Below, piece after piece: positions 63,401 to 64,000 of a stretch of DNA of 64,000 nucleotides. The notes below the pieces were generated by a model, which saw only the letters and a list, made by a program, of their open reading frames with translations, made no database searches and was not told where the DNA came from. This DNA is from Gemmatimonas sp. (lineage in GTDB: Bacteria; Gemmatimonadota; Gemmatimonadetes; Gemmatimonadales; Gemmatimonadaceae). The stretch is from contig JANNVQ010000038.1 in NCBI GenBank assembly GCA_031414535.1, positions 51,129 through 115,128 on the forward strand, written 5' to 3'. Made by a program: the position numbers and the translations under genes. The first letter of the stretch is position 1. Each line of letters begins with the position of its first letter.

Positions 63401-63639
63401 CGATTGGACGTGAAGGCCACCAACTGACCGTCCGGTGAGAAGTGCGGTGACGACTCCACGGCCGGAGTACTCGTGAGCCGTCGCGCATCGCCACCCGCGC
63501 GGTCCACAATCCAGACGTCGCTGCCATGCGTGAAGGCAATCTCGCGGGCGCTGACGGTCGGCTGGCGGAGAAGGCGGGTCTGGGCAGCGGCCGGAGCCGC
63601 GAAGGTGATGGCGAGAATGATCAACCACAAACGACGCAT
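60403..63639 (-). CDS. Tricorn-like protease (beta-propellers + PDZ + S41 peptidase domain), secreted
   Basis: Start at MRRLWLIILAITFAAPAAAQ. Repeated TolB/WD40-like propeller blades (SPDG...AF...) are followed by a PDZ region (GDYIITVNG). The C-terminal S41 domain carries INEMAGSGGD (nucleophile Ser). About 1078 aa. Confidence 0.85.
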   Translation of the reverse strand: MRRLWLIILAITFAAPAAAQTRLLRQPTVSAREIAFTHGSDVWIVDRAGGDARRLTSTPAVESSPHFSPDGQLVAFTSNRSGVPQVYVVSRAGGDPVRLTWYPAPSMARGWTPDGSAVLYASNRESPPTGVMRLWTVPRTGGPSTRLPAPWGFDGGFSPDGRQLVVDRMSRWDGEWRNYRGGQNTSLSILNLASLEEVRLPNERTTDVSPVWSGNKVFFLSDRDFAMNVWSYDPSTRALAQVTRSRDGDIKSLSVGPDRLAFELDGEIHLLDAASGRSDRVNITVRGDFPWMTARWEDVSDDVTAATLGQTGQRVLLEARGEVWTVPAEHGDARNLTRSSGAADRSAVASPDGKQVAWFTSDGGDYAMLIASADGLGTPRRLSIAPSKMAWSPSWSPDGSRIAFIDDDGRIRVLEVASGNARTVDVNGNIIDNLFFDAVQLRWSPDSKFLAYAKIFPNQFHRIVMWSVERNEARPVTDALADAVQPAWDRDGRHLYFLASTNLALGAGWLNMTSALANPTYAPYVMVLRNDDPTPFVPRSDEEPAPRPAKPDTSAVTVRVDFDGIERRILSLPMPARPYTTVQAGPRGSVFIGESVPNEPGMVLHKFVLAEREAKVFIRGVNLVSVSGDGLKVLLRTGTSNWRIVPTAAAPPAVPVTGNGGRVTVALRMELDRAAEWRQMFDEAWRFSKEYFYDPGMHGNDWNAVRARYRPLVEHVRHRSDLNYLLDMVNGELSVGHSFVGGGSMPGVDTSRVGLLGADLVTDGGRWRIRRIYTSESWNPGMSAPLSQPGLRVREGDYIITVNGVNMSATDDPFRLFDGTQGRQTVVQFNSRPNATGAWTETIVPIQNETALRTRAWVEDNRRKVDSLSGGRIAYIWVPNTGDGGFTSFNRYFFAQQDKLGAVIDERFNGGGTADDYMVDMTARVRRSGFTNEAEGGRAIQMPQGITGPKVMLINEMAGSGGDYFPWTFRQLKVGPLIGMRTWGGLVANASPYLLLDGGRVTTPFPALFDPATNKWIAENEGVPPDIEVYNDAKAIAEGRDPQLERAVAETLRLIREANVQPLQPPPFPRPYRRPGGN

Positions 63640-63746
63640 GTACAGCTCCGTTGGAAGGCGGGATACCGGGTAAGGTGCCTCCAGCCCAGCGCGGCGCAAG
63701 TACGGACGAGGTAGCGACACCCCTCGATGGGTGATAGTCTTTTGCG

Positions 63747-64000
63747 ATGCCCCAACAGTCTCGCACCCGTCCATCCGAGCCCTACGATGTCGTCATCGTC
63801 GGCTCCGGCGCCGGTGGCGGCATGGCCGCCTACGAACTCACCAAAGCCGGCGCTCGCGTCGCCATCCTCGAAGCCGGCGGTCACTGGGACAACAGTGACT
63901 CCCGCTATTCGGCCATGCTCAAGATGCCCTACGACTCGCCGCGTCGCGGCTCGTCCACAGCAGATCGGCCCTTTGGCGAGTGGGATGCCAACATTGGCGG
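63747..64000 (+). CDS. GMC-family FAD oxidoreductase (5' part only; runs off the window)
   Basis: [33 protein letters not shown] is a Rossmann GxGxxG FAD fold typical of GMC oxidoreductases. The frame is open to the window end. Confidence 0.65.
   Translation, partial: MPQQSRTRPSEPYDVVIVGSGAGGGMAAYELTKAGARVAILEAGGHWDNSDSRYSAMLKMPYDSPRRGSSTADRPFGEWDANIG

Overview
This is a GC-rich bacterial chromosomal segment (roughly two-thirds G+C by eye, not computed). It is very tightly packed, with about 55 credible protein genes. Many are chained by 1-4 nt start/stop overlaps (ATGA, GTGA, TTGA, TAATG).

I recognised no rRNA, tRNA, CRISPR array, transposase, integrase or phage gene. This looks like core or metabolic chromosome rather than a mobile or defence island. 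The repertoire suggests a Gemmatimonadota/Acidobacteriota-like soil bacterium: tricorn-like protease, a giant Ser/Thr kinase with TPR tail, a CarboxypepD_reg-type TonB receptor and a Cu amine oxidase. That placement is inference only.

Recognisable content:
- Proteases: M28, M16, M48 and tricorn.
- A TPR / ABC / M16 operon.
- psuG, and a kynureninase-like PLP enzyme.
- czcCBA metal efflux.
- A patatin-ferredoxin fusion.
- acnA.
- A SARP/BTAD regulator, a DAG-kinase-like lipid kinase and two tandem small LuxR regulators.
- A Bcp-type peroxiredoxin and an MOFRL glycerate kinase.
- aguB-aguA coupled to a Ser/Thr kinase.
- A binding protein, MCP, queC and queE chain.
- A TonB receptor, GDPD and ABC exporter.
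- An AAA+ ATPase.
- An MFS, short GspF-like protein, MFS-acyltransferase fusion and TIM-barrel isomerase chain.
- A copper amine oxidase flanked by two alpha/beta hydrolases.
- serC, and serA with a D2HGDH-like oxidase and a SerB-like phosphatase.
- A partial GMC oxidoreductase at the right edge.

I found no clear-cut, self-contained novel system. The most unusual things I can actually see are:
1. A set of strong intergenic hairpins whose arms are built from short purine-rich oligomers. It includes a perfect 24-bp inverted repeat placed exactly between queC and queE, and it shares an exact 13-mer with a second hairpin 17 kb away.
2. An orphan, shortened T2SS-F (GspF/PilC-like) protein translationally coupled between two MFS transporters.
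3. Unusual fusions: patatin with ferredoxin, and MFS with a PlsC-type acyltransferase.

All functional calls rest on motif recognition by eye. No searches were run.
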